NCBI GenBank assembly: GCA_030704615.1
Contig: CM060732.1
Location: forward strand, 14,322,001-14,386,000
Reading direction: 5' to 3'
Length of the DNA: 64,000 nucleotides
Source: Takakia lepidozioides
Taxonomy: Eukaryota; Plantae; Bryophyta
Below, piece after piece: positions 63,195 through 64,000 of this stretch. The number at the start of each line of letters is the position of its first letter. Within the stretch, counting starts at the first letter, position 1. The position numbers and the translations under genes were made by a program. A model generated the notes under the pieces. It saw nothing but the letters and a program-made list of their open reading frames with translations. It made no database searches and was not told where the DNA came from.

Positions 63195-63341
63195 GGGGGC
63201 ATGTTGTGTGGGTCTGCTAGAGGGGCAGCCACCATGCTGGTGTGTGATCGATGCTCTAGAGGTTGGCATATGGGATGCTTGACTCCACCTCTTGAGATGG
63301 TTCCGGATGGGGATTGGTTATGTCCACATTGCATTGGATAG
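63195..63341 (+). other. PHD finger at the integrase C-terminus
   Basis: GMLC..MLVCDRCSRGWHMGCLTPPL..VPDGDWLCPHC (C4HC3, first Cys replaced by Gly in this copy). Confidence 0.9.
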
Positions 63342-63602
63342 TGGGAGTGGATACAACCATGGAAGGCTAACAAAAAATGCAAGGCCAAGCTACTAGGAGA
63401 CCTTGAACACACGAGATCTTGGCTCAAGTTCACAGATTGCAAGACGGCGACTAACGATGGGGCTACTCTTGTACCCAGCCTCTTGGTTTGATAGAGTTTG
63501 AGCACGATAGGGACAGTGATAGAGGACTTAGTACGGCTGTGGCTATTACATCTTGTAGCTATCTGGAGTTAGAGGGACCTATCCACCAGCTAGGGGGGCG
63601 AT

Positions 63603-64000
63603 TGTGGCAGACTACTTTATTGTGCATATATGTGTGGTGTGGTTTGGACAGCGATGTAGTTGTGTAGCGATACGTATGCGCACGACAGCTGAAGTTAAAT
63701 AAGCAAAGTGTGAAACTAGCTAGAATAAAGCTAGTTATTTGTATTTAACACTTGGATTTAGGTCAAGTGTTAAATCAGGTGTCAAGTTTAGTTTGACACC
63801 TGACCCGTCTTATCTTCACGAGAGCGGCAGTCGCGCGGCTCATCTCTCTCGAGTTGAGCCTGCGTGACCGAGCTCCTTCATCGTGTAGGACTGAGTGTGC
63901 TCATGATGGGAGTATAGGTTGTTGTCGGGTGGAGTCCCCACAGCTTGGGGTGCCCCTGGCTCGACTTCTATTCTAAAGAGTGATGGTTTTGGTTGTCATG
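63603..64000 (+). repeat. Start of 3' LTR
   Basis: TG start directly after the purine tract; 63692 onward matches 51980 onward, so the 5' copy lacks the first ~89 bp. Confidence 0.85.

Larger units (their letters stand above)
51980..64000 (+). mobile_element. Ty3/Gypsy LTR retrotransposon encoding a C5 DNA methyltransferase and a PHD finger (decayed copy; 3' LTR runs off the window)
   Basis: 51980-52288 matches 63692-64000 with ~5 mismatches; PPT-like AGGGGGGCGAT then TGTGGCA at 63603; degenerate PBS TAGTACTAGAGC at ~55984; order gag-PR-MTase-RT-RH-IN-PHD. Confidence 0.93.

Overview
Eukaryotic, plant-type genomic DNA (GT-AG introns, one 500-N gap). The lineage cannot be fixed from this window; a non-seed streptophyte such as a bryophyte is my inference. 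Three intact host genes: a HAD-superfamily hydrolase (+, 6291-8605), a small SAM-domain protein (-, 9347-10303) and the peroxisomal processing protease DEG15 (-, 34483-46225, ends in PTS1 SRL). The rest is nested, mostly decayed transposons: two Mutator/SWIM elements (the first internally inverted, with a Ulp1 remnant), an LTR between ~0.5-0.8 kb inverted repeats, a CACTA end, three FCP1/NIF phosphatase-like domains beside a hAT transposase and a RING-H2 ORF, a hAT MITE with an 8-bp TSD, at least eight LINE fragments tied to (CT)n inside DEG15 introns, and a Ty3 remnant. The standout is a Ty3/Gypsy element (51980 to beyond 64000) whose pol region runs protease - C5 DNA methyltransferase (DNMT3-like) - RT - RNase H - integrase - PHD finger. 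Its apparent ~4 kb 5' LTR region holds intronless, alternately oriented host gene fragments (Phi-1/EXORDIUM, TruA, glycolate oxidase, PAS) and an orphan 254-aa ORF. All family calls are by eye from motifs; no database searches were run.
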